A stretch of 51,984 nt of DNA from a bacterium (GTDB lineage Bacteria; Patescibacteriota; Minisyncoccia; Phycocordibacterales; Phycocordibacteraceae). Positions 17,905 through 26,796 of this stretch are shown piece after piece. Positions within the stretch are counted from its first letter, which is position 1. Every line of letters starts with the position of its first letter. The stretch is from positions 1 to 51,984 of the forward strand of contig JAJYHK010000016.1 in NCBI GenBank assembly GCA_021784815.1, given 5' to 3'. Under the pieces are notes generated by a model, which ran no database searches, had not been told where the DNA came from, and worked only from the letters and a program-made list of their open reading frames with translations. The position numbers were made by a program, and so were the translations under genes.

Positions 17905-18513
17905 ATGTTTGTGGCTATCGAAGGTGGCGAGGGGGCCGGTAAAGATCTCCTCACCGAAAGGCTTCGACGCGTATGTAACCCGAGTACCACGGTGTTTACC
18001 AGGGAACCGGGAGGCACCCCAACCGGAGAGAAGTTACGAGCGGTTTTACTCGATCCCGAAACAGACATGGGCGCTGAAGAAGAGTTGCTCGTTTTTATTG
18101 CCGCTCGCACGGCGCTCGTTCGACAAGTCATCCGCCCCGCGCTAGCTGAAGGCAAAACGGTGATCTCAAATCGTTTTGCACTTTCAACCTTGGCATATCA
18201 GATCTATGGACGAGAGCGCAATGACCTGCTCGAATTTCTCCGTCAGCTTTCAGAGCGTGCTACCGCTGGCCTACCACCGGTGCACTACGTGCTGCTCGAC
18301 GTTCCGCCCGAAATCGGACTGCGGCGCGTTAAACAACGTAATGACGGGGAAACGCGCTTCGATGCAGAAAAGCAAGCGTTCCATGAGCGCGTGCGCGCAG
18401 GGTACCTGCAACACTATATGGACACCAACTATGGTATGGCCATAGATGCGCGTCAATCGCCGGAGGAAGTATTTGAGCAGGCGATACAGCGCATACGACA
18501 GTGGCAGCAATAA
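17905..18513 (+). CDS. tmk: Thymidylate kinase
   Basis: EGGEGAGK, TREPGGT, NRFALSTLAYQ and FHERVRAGY; AGGAGG SD. Confidence 0.93.
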   Translation: MFVAIEGGEGAGKDLLTERLRRVCNPSTTVFTREPGGTPTGEKLRAVLLDPETDMGAEEELLVFIAARTALVRQVIRPALAEGKTVISNRFALSTLAYQIYGRERNDLLEFLRQLSERATAGLPPVHYVLLDVPPEIGLRRVKQRNDGETRFDAEKQAFHERVRAGYLQHYMDTNYGMAIDARQSPEEVFEQAIQRIRQWQQ

Positions 18514-18578
18514 TACTGAACGTTCCTGCGGTGGCTAAGGCTATCGCAGGAACTTCTCTTTTATGCGAAGATGCGCGC

Positions 18579-19001
18579 ATGGAGCTCAGGGTAAAGAAGG
18601 TGCGCAAGGGGGCTAAACTGCTGAGTCAGCCGTATGCGGGCGATGTTGGCTATGACCTGTGCGCCGCTGAGGCGGTTATGGTGCCGGCAGGGGAGCGCGT
18701 CATCATTCCCACCGGCCTTGCGCTTGAGCTGCCGGAAGGACGCGCCGGGCTCATTTGGGACAAAAGCGGACTTGCGACCAAATACGGGCTCACGGTGCTC
18801 GGCGGCGTGGTCGATGCAGGGTACCGCGGCGAAGTGCTCGTGTGCCTCGCGAACACAAGCGACGAGCCGCACGCGTTTGCGGCAGGCGACAAGGTCGCGC
18901 AACTCATCGTGCAGAAAATCGAGCTGCCGACTATTGTGGAGCTCGATGAGCTTGCCGACTCAGAACGCGGCGCGCGCGGCTTCGGTAGTTCCGGCGCTTA
19001 A
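18579..19001 (+). CDS. dut: dUTP diphosphatase
   Basis: GYDL, KSGLA, GVVDAGYRGE and RGARGFGSSG. Confidence 0.96.
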   Translation: MELRVKKVRKGAKLLSQPYAGDVGYDLCAAEAVMVPAGERVIIPTGLALELPEGRAGLIWDKSGLATKYGLTVLGGVVDAGYRGEVLVCLANTSDEPHAFAAGDKVAQLIVQKIELPTIVELDELADSERGARGFGSSGA

Positions 19002-19065
19002 CCGGACTATGATCTGAGACCCGTACATGCTCGCTTTACTTTACTCAACCGATAATTTCGGCACC

Positions 19066-20319
19066 ATGTACGACTTTATTCCGAAAGAAGATCCAGAAGT
19101 GTTTGCGGCGATCGCGGGGGAAGAGCAGCGACAGGCAGAAGGCTTGGAGCTGATTCCGAGCGAAAACTACGTCAGTGGCGCGGTGAAGGAGGCTATGGCG
19201 TCCTCGCTCACGAACAAGTACTCGGAGGGCTACCCGGGCAAGCGCTACTACGGCGGCCAGGAGTTCACCGACCAGATCGAGCGCCTCGCGATCGAGCGCG
19301 CGAAGCAGCTCTTCAATGCTGGCTTCGCAAACGTGCAACCCTTGGGCGGCGCCAACGCGAACATCGCAGCATACTTCGCGCTCCTCGAACCGGGCGACAC
19401 GGTGCTCGGCATGGACCTCTCGCACGGGGGGCATCTCACCCACGGCCATCCCGTGACCTATCTTGCGAAGCTCTTCCGCTTCGTGCGCTACGGCATGAAA
19501 GATATCGAGACCGGCGAGATCGACTACGACGCGCTCGCCGAGACCGCGCGCAGGGAAAAGCCCAAGGCAGTACTCGCGGGCTTCTCGGCGTATCCGCGGC
19601 AGCTCGACTGGCAGAAGATCGCGGACATTGCCCACGAAGTGGGCGCGGTCGCCATGGCCGACGTCGCGCACATTGCGGGGCTCATTGCCGGCGGCGCGCA
19701 GCGAAATCCGTTCGACTACGGCTTCGACCTCATGACGACGACCACGCACAAGACGCTGCGCGGGCCGCGCGGCGGCCTCATCCTCGTGCGCGGTGACGAA
19801 GATCTCGCGAAGAAGGTCGATAAGGCGGTGTTCCCGGGGCTCCAGGGCGGCCCGCATATGCACCAGATCGCGGCCAAAGCGATCGCCTTTGGTGAAGCGC
19901 TTCGGCCAAGCTTCAAAACGTACGCGCAACAGGTCGTCGACAACGCGCGGGCGATGGCGGACGTGTTCAAAGAGGGCGGGGTGCGGCTCATTGCCGGCGG
20001 CACCGATAATCACCTCATTTTGGCCGACGTCTTCGGTTCGCTCGGGGTGACGGGCGCGGAGGCGGAGCGAAGGCTCGACGAAGTCGGTATTACGCTCAAT
20101 AAAAATATGATTGCCGATGATCCGCGTAAACCGATGGATCCGTCCGGCATCCGCTTCGGCACACCGGCGCTCACTTCGCGCGGGTTCAAAAAAGAAGAAT
20201 GCGCACAGGTCGCATCGCTCATGTTCCAGGTGCTTAAGACGCCCGCAGCTATCGGCGAAGCGCGCGGCGCGGTCCGCACCCTTGCGCTCGCGCATCCCAT
20301 TCCGGAATCGTACGAGTAG
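19066..20319 (+). CDS. glyA: Serine hydroxymethyltransferase
   Basis: LIPSENY, YSEGYPGKRYYGG and TTTTHKTLRGPRGG. Confidence 0.97.
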   Translation: MYDFIPKEDPEVFAAIAGEEQRQAEGLELIPSENYVSGAVKEAMASSLTNKYSEGYPGKRYYGGQEFTDQIERLAIERAKQLFNAGFANVQPLGGANANIAAYFALLEPGDTVLGMDLSHGGHLTHGHPVTYLAKLFRFVRYGMKDIETGEIDYDALAETARREKPKAVLAGFSAYPRQLDWQKIADIAHEVGAVAMADVAHIAGLIAGGAQRNPFDYGFDLMTTTTHKTLRGPRGGLILVRGDEDLAKKVDKAVFPGLQGGPHMHQIAAKAIAFGEALRPSFKTYAQQVVDNARAMADVFKEGGVRLIAGGTDNHLILADVFGSLGVTGAEAERRLDEVGITLNKNMIADDPRKPMDPSGIRFGTPALTSRGFKKEECAQVASLMFQVLKTPAAIGEARGAVRTLALAHPIPESYE

Positions 20320-20385
20320 CGGACTCCTGGTCGCTGTCTTTTGAAGGGTCGCCGTTTTGGCGGCTTTTCTGTTACCATGCGCGAA

Positions 20386-22029
20386 ATGGAGGAACAGATT
20401 CGCCGAGCGATCGAGCGGGTGCTTGAGGAGACTGGCGCGCCGGAGACGATGCTCTCGGTGGAGCGTTCTGCTGACCTCGCGCGCGGCGACTACGCAACGA
20501 ACGCTGCGCTCGTGGCGGCTAAGACGCTTGGCAAGAGTCCGTACACGTTTGCGGAAGATCTCGCATCGCGCATCAAGGGTGCGCTTGGCGATAAGGCGGC
20601 GCGCGTGGAAGCGGCGGGGCCCGGGTTCATTAACCTCACGCTCTCGAAGGATGCGCTCGCGCACCTCATTGCCGAGGCTGACGCGCAGGGCGAAGATTGG
20701 GGGAAAGGTACCGCAGAAAAGGGGAAGCGCGTCATGATCGAGTACAGCAACCCGAATGCCTTCAAAGAAATGCACTTGGGGCACCTCATCGGCACGGTGG
20801 TGGGGGAATCCTTGTCGCGGCTCATCGAGAACCAGGGTGCGACGCTCGCGCGCGACACCTTCGGCGGCGATGTGGGACCGAACGTTGCGAAGGCACTCTG
20901 GGCGCTCAAGAAGAACAGCGTTGATCCGGTTTCCGCGAGCGACATCGGCTCCGCCTACGTACAGGGCGCGCGGGCATACGAAGAAGACGACGAGGCAAAG
21001 AAAGAAATCGACGAAATCAACAAGGCGGTCTACGCGCGCGATCCCGCGCACGCGTCGCTCTGGGAGAAAGGTCGGGAGATTTCCATGGCCGCCTTCCGCG
21101 AGCTGTGGAAACGCCTCGGCACGCGTTTCGATTTCGAATTTTTTGACAGCGATACGGCCGAGGCTGGCATGCGCCTCGTGCGCGACGGGCTCGCCAAGGG
21201 CGTATTTAAAGAGAGCGAAGGAGCGATCATCTACGACGGCGAGGCCAAAGGCGTACACACGATGGTCTTCGTCACCTCGCACGGGACGCCTACATACGAA
21301 GCGAAAGACATCGGGCTCGCGTTTTTGCGCGAAGAGCGTTGGCCGAGCGACGAGGTCATTATCATTACCGGCAACGAGCAAAACGGTCGCTTCAAGACCG
21401 TCTTCGCGGCGCTCGCAGAGCTCGCGCCGACCATTGCCGCAAAGACCAAACAGATTGGCACAGGCTTCCTTCGGCTTACGTCCGGGAAGATGGCCTCGCG
21501 CGAAGGCAACGTCATTACAGCGGAAGAATTTTTGCGCTCAGTGATTGAGAAAGCAAACGAAAAGAACGACGACCCGCTCATTGCCGAGCAGGTCGCGGTC
21601 GGCGCGATCAAGTTCATGATTTTGCGGCAGTCGCCGGGGCAGGACATTGTATTTGATCCGGAGAAGTCGCTATCGCTCCAGGGCGACTCAGGGCCGTACC
21701 TGCAGTACGCGCTTGTGCGCGCCGCGAAGATCCTCTCGTACGCTTCTGAAGATGCGGGCGGTTCTGAAGAACCAGAAGATCCCTACGCTATCGAGCGGCT
21801 CATCATGCACTATCCTGAAGTGGCCGCGCGTGCGGCGCGCGAGCTTGCGCCGAACCTTCTCGTGACGTATCTCCTCGAACTCGCCGCTGCCTGGAACTCG
21901 TTCTATGCCACCGAGCAGGTGCTTGGCTCGAACGAGGAGACGTACAAGATCCGCGTAACGCGCGCATTCGCGAACACGATGGCGAACGGCCTTGCTCTCC
22001 TCGGCATTCCCGCGCCAGAAAGGATGTAA
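20386..22029 (+). CDS. argS: Arginine--tRNA ligase
   Basis: SNPNAFKEMHLGH, KMASREG, GDSGPYLQYA and C-terminal PERM; start may be 20377. Confidence 0.96.
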   Translation: MEEQIRRAIERVLEETGAPETMLSVERSADLARGDYATNAALVAAKTLGKSPYTFAEDLASRIKGALGDKAARVEAAGPGFINLTLSKDALAHLIAEADAQGEDWGKGTAEKGKRVMIEYSNPNAFKEMHLGHLIGTVVGESLSRLIENQGATLARDTFGGDVGPNVAKALWALKKNSVDPVSASDIGSAYVQGARAYEEDDEAKKEIDEINKAVYARDPAHASLWEKGREISMAAFRELWKRLGTRFDFEFFDSDTAEAGMRLVRDGLAKGVFKESEGAIIYDGEAKGVHTMVFVTSHGTPTYEAKDIGLAFLREERWPSDEVIIITGNEQNGRFKTVFAALAELAPTIAAKTKQIGTGFLRLTSGKMASREGNVITAEEFLRSVIEKANEKNDDPLIAEQVAVGAIKFMILRQSPGQDIVFDPEKSLSLQGDSGPYLQYALVRAAKILSYASEDAGGSEEPEDPYAIERLIMHYPEVAARAARELAPNLLVTYLLELAAAWNSFYATEQVLGSNEETYKIRVTRAFANTMANGLALLGIPAPERM

Positions 22030-22234
22030 CTTGCGCGGGTAAGGCGCGTGTAGTGGCTCTCGGTCGGAATCGGAGTGAAAGGAGAGAGACTTACAAAAAA
22101 GACACTAGCGGCAACTTCTCTGAGGCTGGCGCGCGGTCGGGCAACGCGTTACTCACCGGCATCGTTTTGCACGCGCACGGTTTGCATAATGCAGGCGAAT
22201 GCTTTAGCTTCAGACATGTCCGTCCCAATGGGGG

Positions 22235-22582
22235 GTGGGCATGATAATGGGAGAAAGGTCTTTGGTGAAAACAAGAGACGTTGTAGTCGCCTTGTGTACT
22301 GAACTCAAGGTGGCCCCTGGAACCATTTTCGGGCGCGCATACAACTGGGCGCACGACGGTGCATACAACCACGACATTGTGGGTAAGGCCATCGCTGCAT
22401 ACAACAGGGGCCTGTCTGCGGGCGAGATCGTCATACCGCATTGGGTTGTCGAGTATTGCAGCGCGGACCCAAAGGAGCGCGATGCGCTTCGCGGAAAAGC
22501 ATCGGTGCGGACTTCCTCTGGTCGCCGGCACCCGCGCAAGCTGGGTTATGTTCACGCAGGACCTCGCATTGCTTTTGTATAA
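22235..22582 (+). CDS. Orphan hypothetical protein
   Basis: 115-aa ORF in the argS-ileS gap, followed by a hairpin; start uncertain. Confidence 0.35.
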   Translation: MGMIMGERSLVKTRDVVVALCTELKVAPGTIFGRAYNWAHDGAYNHDIVGKAIAAYNRGLSAGEIVIPHWVVEYCSADPKERDALRGKASVRTSSGRRHPRKLGYVHAGPRIAFV

Positions 22583-22591
22583 CGTCCGAGT

Positions 22592-22624
22592 CCGGAGTTC
22601 AGACCGAACCGGTCTGAACTCCGG
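22592..22624. repeat. Perfect 15-bp inverted repeat
   Basis: CCGGAGTTCAGACCG-AAC-CGGTCTGAACTCCGG. Confidence 0.9.
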
Positions 22625-22658
22625 GTAAGGGCGTTTTTCTTTTTGCCCGCCCACGCCC

Positions 22659-22707
22659 CCCAAAGATAGCTGTTTCAAGATGTCATCTTGAAACAGCTAT
22701 CTTTGGG
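22659..22707. repeat. Perfect 24-bp inverted repeat with a 1-nt spacer
   Basis: CCCAAAGATAGCTGTTTCAAGATG-T-CATCTTGAAACAGCTATCTTTGGG. Confidence 0.95.
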
Positions 22708-22756
22708 ACGCAACATTTCTTGTGCATTTTCGAGGCAGGCTCTAGGATACCTAGGT

Positions 22757-25700
22757 ATGAAGGAGGTGCCACAAAAATCAGAAGCTGCCAAGCGCGAGGA
22801 GGAAACGCTCGCGTTTTGGGAGCGGAAGGAGATTTTTAAGAAAACGCTTGAAAAGCCGGCCCCAGAGGGCTCGTTCGTCTTTTATGAGGGCCCGCCGACG
22901 GCTAACGGCAAGCCGGGCATTCATCACCTTGAGGCGCGCTCGTTTAAGGACGCCATTCCGCGCTACAAAACCATGCGCGGCTATCGCGTCGAGCGGCGCG
23001 CAGGGTGGGACACGCACGGGCTCCCGGTCGAGCTTGAGGTAGAGAAGGAGCTTGGGTTTACGGGCAAGCCCGACATTGAAAAGTACGGGGTCGCGGAGTT
23101 CAATCGCAAGTGCAAGGAGAGCGTGCTCCGCCACATCGACCTTTGGGCGAAATTTACGAAGCGCATCGGCTACTGGGTCGACGAATCGAAGGCGTATTTT
23201 ACCTTCGATCCGTTCTACATTGAGACGCTCTGGCACGTGCTCAAGCGCGCCTCGCAGGGCGACCGGCTCGTAAAAGATTACAAGGTGGTGCCCTGGTGTC
23301 CGCGCTGCGGCACGGCGCTCTCCGCGCACGAGCTTGCGCAAGGTTATGCCGACGTGAAAGATCTCGCGGTCACGGCGAAATTTAAGGTAGTCGACGGCGC
23401 GCGCAAGCTCGGCGCGGCTGAAGGCGCATACTTACTCGCCTGGACGACGACGCCCTGGACCCTGCCGGGCAATGTCGCGCTTGCGGTCGGACCGGATATC
23501 AAGTACTCGCTCGTGCGCCGGGCTGACGGCTGTGCGGTCGTCGCGAACGCGCGCCTCGAAGCGCTCGGCCTCCAAGACGCGAACGTCATACGGGAATTCT
23601 TGGGCAGCGAACTCGTCGGTCTCTCGTACGAACCGCTCTTTGACTACGCGAAAGGCCTCGCAAGCGAAAGCGAGAGATCGAAGTTCGAGAAGGCGTACCG
23701 GGTGTATCCGGCGGATTTCGTTACGACCGAAGACGGTACGGGCATCGTGCATACGGCGGTTATGTACGGCCAGGAGGACTTCGACCTCGGTTCGAAAGTC
23801 GGCCTCCCAAAGGTGCATCTCGTGAATGCCGAAGGGCGGTTCATCGAGGGAACGGGCAACCTTGCCGGCCGCTCGGTTTTCGACGAGACGCTCGCGGTCG
23901 ATGTCATCAAGAACCTTGCTGAACGCAACTTGCTCTTCTCGAAGGAGAAGTACGAGCATAGCTATCCGTTCTGCTGGCGGTGTAAGACGCGGCTCATCTA
24001 CTATGCGCGCGATTCGTGGTATCTGCGCATGGGAGACCTGCGCGACGTGCTCGTCGCCGAGAATCGGAGCATTCATTGGGAGCCCGCGTACATCCGCGAC
24101 GGCCGCATGGGGCAGTGGCTCAAGGGGGTGAAGGACTGGGCCATCAGCCGCGAGCGCTACTGGGGCACGCCGCTGCCGGTGTGGCAGAGCGCCGACGGTG
24201 CCGAGCGGCTCATCGTGGGCAGCATCGAGGAGCTCAAGCGCCACACGAAGAGGAGCGGAAACACGTACTTCGCCATGCGCCACGGGGAGTCGCAGAGCAA
24301 TGTCGATTGCGTGTGCAGCGGCGACCCGGAAAAACAGAAAAGCAACCACCTCACCGATCTGGGTAAAGAGCAAGTACGCGCCGCCGCCAAGAAACTCAAG
24401 AGCCAAGGGGGAGTAGACGTCATCATTGCGTCGCCCTTTGTGCGCACCGCCGAGAGCGCGCGCGCGGTTGCCGAGGTACTCGGAAAGCCAGAGAGCGAAA
24501 TCGTTTTTGACGACCGTTTGCGGGAAATCGCAATGGGGAAGTTCGAAGGGAAGCCGCTCGCCGAATATCACGCGTATTTCTCGACTGCCCGTGATCGCTT
24601 CACAAAGACGCTCGAGGGCGCGGAGAACATGCTCGACGTGCGTCGTCGCGCTGGTGAAGCGCTCTATGAATACGAAGAAACGTACCAGGACAAGCGCATC
24701 CTTATCATTGGGCATGGCGATACGATTCGCGGCTTGCGTCTTGCGGTGTCCGGAGAGCCTTCGCTCGCTGCTGCGTGGATCGGCGAACCGGATCCCGTAA
24801 ACGGCACCGTCGTGCCGCTCGATTTCGTACCGCTCCCGCACAATCGCGATTATGAGCTCGATTTGCATCGGCCGTACGTTGACCAAGTGGCGCTCGTGAG
24901 CGAAAAAGGGACAGAGCTCGTGCGCGTAAGCGAGGTGATGGATGTGTGGTTCGACTCGGGAGCGATGCCGTTTGCGCAGGGAGCGCATGAGCGTAGCTCG
25001 CAGGAGCGCACGGCGTCCCTGGATAGCTATCTCGCGAAAGTACCGTACCCGGCTGACTTCATCTGCGAAGCGATCGATCAAACCCGCGGCTGGTTCTACA
25101 CCTTGCTTGCGGTCGGTGTTCTTATGGGGCGCGGCACAGCATACAAGAACGTCATCAGTCTCGGCCACCTGCTCGACGCGCAGGGGCAGAAAATGAGCAA
25201 ATCGCGCGGCAATGTCATCGACCCATGGAAAGAGATGGACACGTGGGGCGTCGATGCACTGCGCCTCTGGATGTACTCGGTTTCTCAGGCGGGCGACGCG
25301 AAGAACTACGACGAGAAAACGGTGCGTGAAGCGGCTAAGGTGCTCTCGTGGATTGAAAACAGCGCCAATTTTTACGAGCTCTTTAAGGACGGAGCGACCG
25401 GGGAAACAAAGGAACAGCCGCTCGATCGCTGGATGCGCATGCGGCTTAAAGAGACAGCAGCGGCGATGACCGAGGCACTCGATGACTATCGCTTATTCGA
25501 GGCCGCGCGTGCATTCGCGAAGCTCGCCGAAGATCTCTCGCAGTGGTATGTGCGGCGCATTCGCGACCGCGCGCGCGACGGCGATGCCGCAGCGCTTGCG
25601 TGCTTGCGCGAAGCGCTCCACACGACCGCCCGACTGCTTGCGCCCTTGGCGCCCTTCTTGGCCGAGCATGTCTGGCAGTTGGTGAAGGGCGGGCGTGATC

Positions 25701-26173
25701 CGATAAGCGTGCATCTGGCGTCGTGGCCGGTTCCACGCCGCACACTCGTTGTCCGGATCTTCGGCTCGAAACAGGACACCGCCCTCCTTGAAGGCATGGT
25801 GCGCGTGCGCATGCTCGCATCCGATGCGCTCCAGATGCGACAGAAGGCGGGTATTAAGGTTCGCCAGCCGCTCGCACGTCTCTCAGTTCCGGATCTGCTG
25901 TCGAAAGAGCTCGCCGCGCTCCTTGCGGAAGAGGTGAATGTAAAACATGTCTCGACCGGACAGGCGGTCATCGAGCTTGACACCAAGCTCACCGAAGAAC
26001 TCGTGCGCGAGGGTGATGAGCGCGAACTCGCACGCGCGGTTGCTCAGGCGCGTAAGGCAGAAGGGTTTGAACCGCGCCAAAAAGCGCGCACCGAAATGCG
26101 CGAAGACGGCCCGTATGCGGTCGAGCTTTCGACGGGACCGGCGCGCTTTGCGCTCGTGCGGGATGCGCCATAA
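22757..26173 (+). CDS. ileS: Isoleucine--tRNA ligase (type 2) with an inserted histidine-phosphatase domain
   Basis: [51 protein letters not shown] and KMSKS; internal RHG phosphatase domain. Confidence 0.95.
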   Translation: MKEVPQKSEAAKREEETLAFWERKEIFKKTLEKPAPEGSFVFYEGPPTANGKPGIHHLEARSFKDAIPRYKTMRGYRVERRAGWDTHGLPVELEVEKELGFTGKPDIEKYGVAEFNRKCKESVLRHIDLWAKFTKRIGYWVDESKAYFTFDPFYIETLWHVLKRASQGDRLVKDYKVVPWCPRCGTALSAHELAQGYADVKDLAVTAKFKVVDGARKLGAAEGAYLLAWTTTPWTLPGNVALAVGPDIKYSLVRRADGCAVVANARLEALGLQDANVIREFLGSELVGLSYEPLFDYAKGLASESERSKFEKAYRVYPADFVTTEDGTGIVHTAVMYGQEDFDLGSKVGLPKVHLVNAEGRFIEGTGNLAGRSVFDETLAVDVIKNLAERNLLFSKEKYEHSYPFCWRCKTRLIYYARDSWYLRMGDLRDVLVAENRSIHWEPAYIRDGRMGQWLKGVKDWAISRERYWGTPLPVWQSADGAERLIVGSIEELKRHTKRSGNTYFAMRHGESQSNVDCVCSGDPEKQKSNHLTDLGKEQVRAAAKKLKSQGGVDVIIASPFVRTAESARAVAEVLGKPESEIVFDDRLREIAMGKFEGKPLAEYHAYFSTARDRFTKTLEGAENMLDVRRRAGEALYEYEETYQDKRILIIGHGDTIRGLRLAVSGEPSLAAAWIGEPDPVNGTVVPLDFVPLPHNRDYELDLHRPYVDQVALVSEKGTELVRVSEVMDVWFDSGAMPFAQGAHERSSQERTASLDSYLAKVPYPADFICEAIDQTRGWFYTLLAVGVLMGRGTAYKNVISLGHLLDAQGQKMSKSRGNVIDPWKEMDTWGVDALRLWMYSVSQAGDAKNYDEKTVREAAKVLSWIENSANFYELFKDGATGETKEQPLDRWMRMRLKETAAAMTEALDDYRLFEAARAFAKLAEDLSQWYVRRIRDRARDGDAAALACLREALHTTARLLAPLAPFLAEHVWQLVKGGRDPISVHLASWPVPRRTLVVRIFGSKQDTALLEGMVRVRMLASDALQMRQKAGIKVRQPLARLSVPDLLSKELAALLAEEVNVKHVSTGQAVIELDTKLTEELVREGDERELARAVAQARKAEGFEPRQKARTEMREDGPYAVELSTGPARFALVRDAP

Positions 26174-26732
26174 GTATGCAGTACGAGCGCTCGTGCTCTC
26201 GCGCGCGCCGGCGGGAGAGGCGAGCGAGTTTCTTGCACTCCTTACCGACGAAGTCGGGCTTGTACGCGCGCGCGCGCAGGGAACCCGCCGGCGCGGCGCC
26301 AAGCTCGCAGCCGCGCTTGCAACGTTTGCGCAGAGTTCGGTGGTCCTCGTGCGCGGGAAGGAAGGATGGCGCATCGCCGGCGCGATTCTTGAAGAGAGCT
26401 GGTTTAGCCGATTGCCCGACGCCGATGCGCGCAGTAGAGCTGCGCGCATCGGCGCGCTCGCGCTCCGTTTGATTCCCGGCGAAGCGCCTGATCGCGCACT
26501 TTTGCCGATCGCGCTCGCATACTTCGGCGCGCTCGCGGGCGGACGCCCGGAAGAGCGCGATGCGGCGGAAATCCTTGCGGCGCTCTACGTGCTCGCGTCG
26601 CTCGGGTTCGAACAGGGCGCGCCTGCCGCGCCGGACGAGCTCTTTGCATCCCGCGCGCTCGCGCAGGTTGCGCAGAGCCGCGCGGCGTACGTAGCGCGCG
26701 TGAACCGCGGCCTCGCTGCCTCGGGACTTTGA
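26163..26732 (+). CDS. recO: DNA repair protein RecO (short form)
   Basis: [11 protein letters not shown]...[19 protein letters not shown]-fold pattern; overlaps the ileS stop. Confidence 0.8.
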   Translation: MRHKYAVRALVLSRAPAGEASEFLALLTDEVGLVRARAQGTRRRGAKLAAALATFAQSSVVLVRGKEGWRIAGAILEESWFSRLPDADARSRAARIGALALRLIPGEAPDRALLPIALAYFGALAGGRPEERDAAEILAALYVLASLGFEQGAPAAPDELFASRALAQVAQSRAAYVARVNRGLAASGL

Positions 26733-26796
26733 GCAGGAGGAACATACCGTAGCGCGGCAGGCTTTGCCTGCCGCGCTACGGTATACTAGAGGTCGT

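Noticed and set aside
16825-18513. 562-aa ORF suggesting a large Tmk fusion
   Set aside because: The N-terminal part is the antisense shadow of thyX; the real start at 17905 has an SD and the typical Tmk N-terminus
19045-21381. 778-aa minus-strand ORF and similar long antisense ORFs (23432-25168, 31337-32719, 48053-49414, 50290-51765)
   Set aside because: Shadow ORFs caused by GC-rich codon bias opposite clear genes; no recognisable motifs
22030-22756. T-box riboswitch upstream of ileS
   Set aside because: No convincing GGTGGTACC T-box with antiterminator or specifier stem; ileS appears to have its own -10 box next to the start
24260-24835. Intein in ileS
   Set aside because: No C/S start, His-Asn end or LAGLIDADG motif; the insert is a histidine phosphatase
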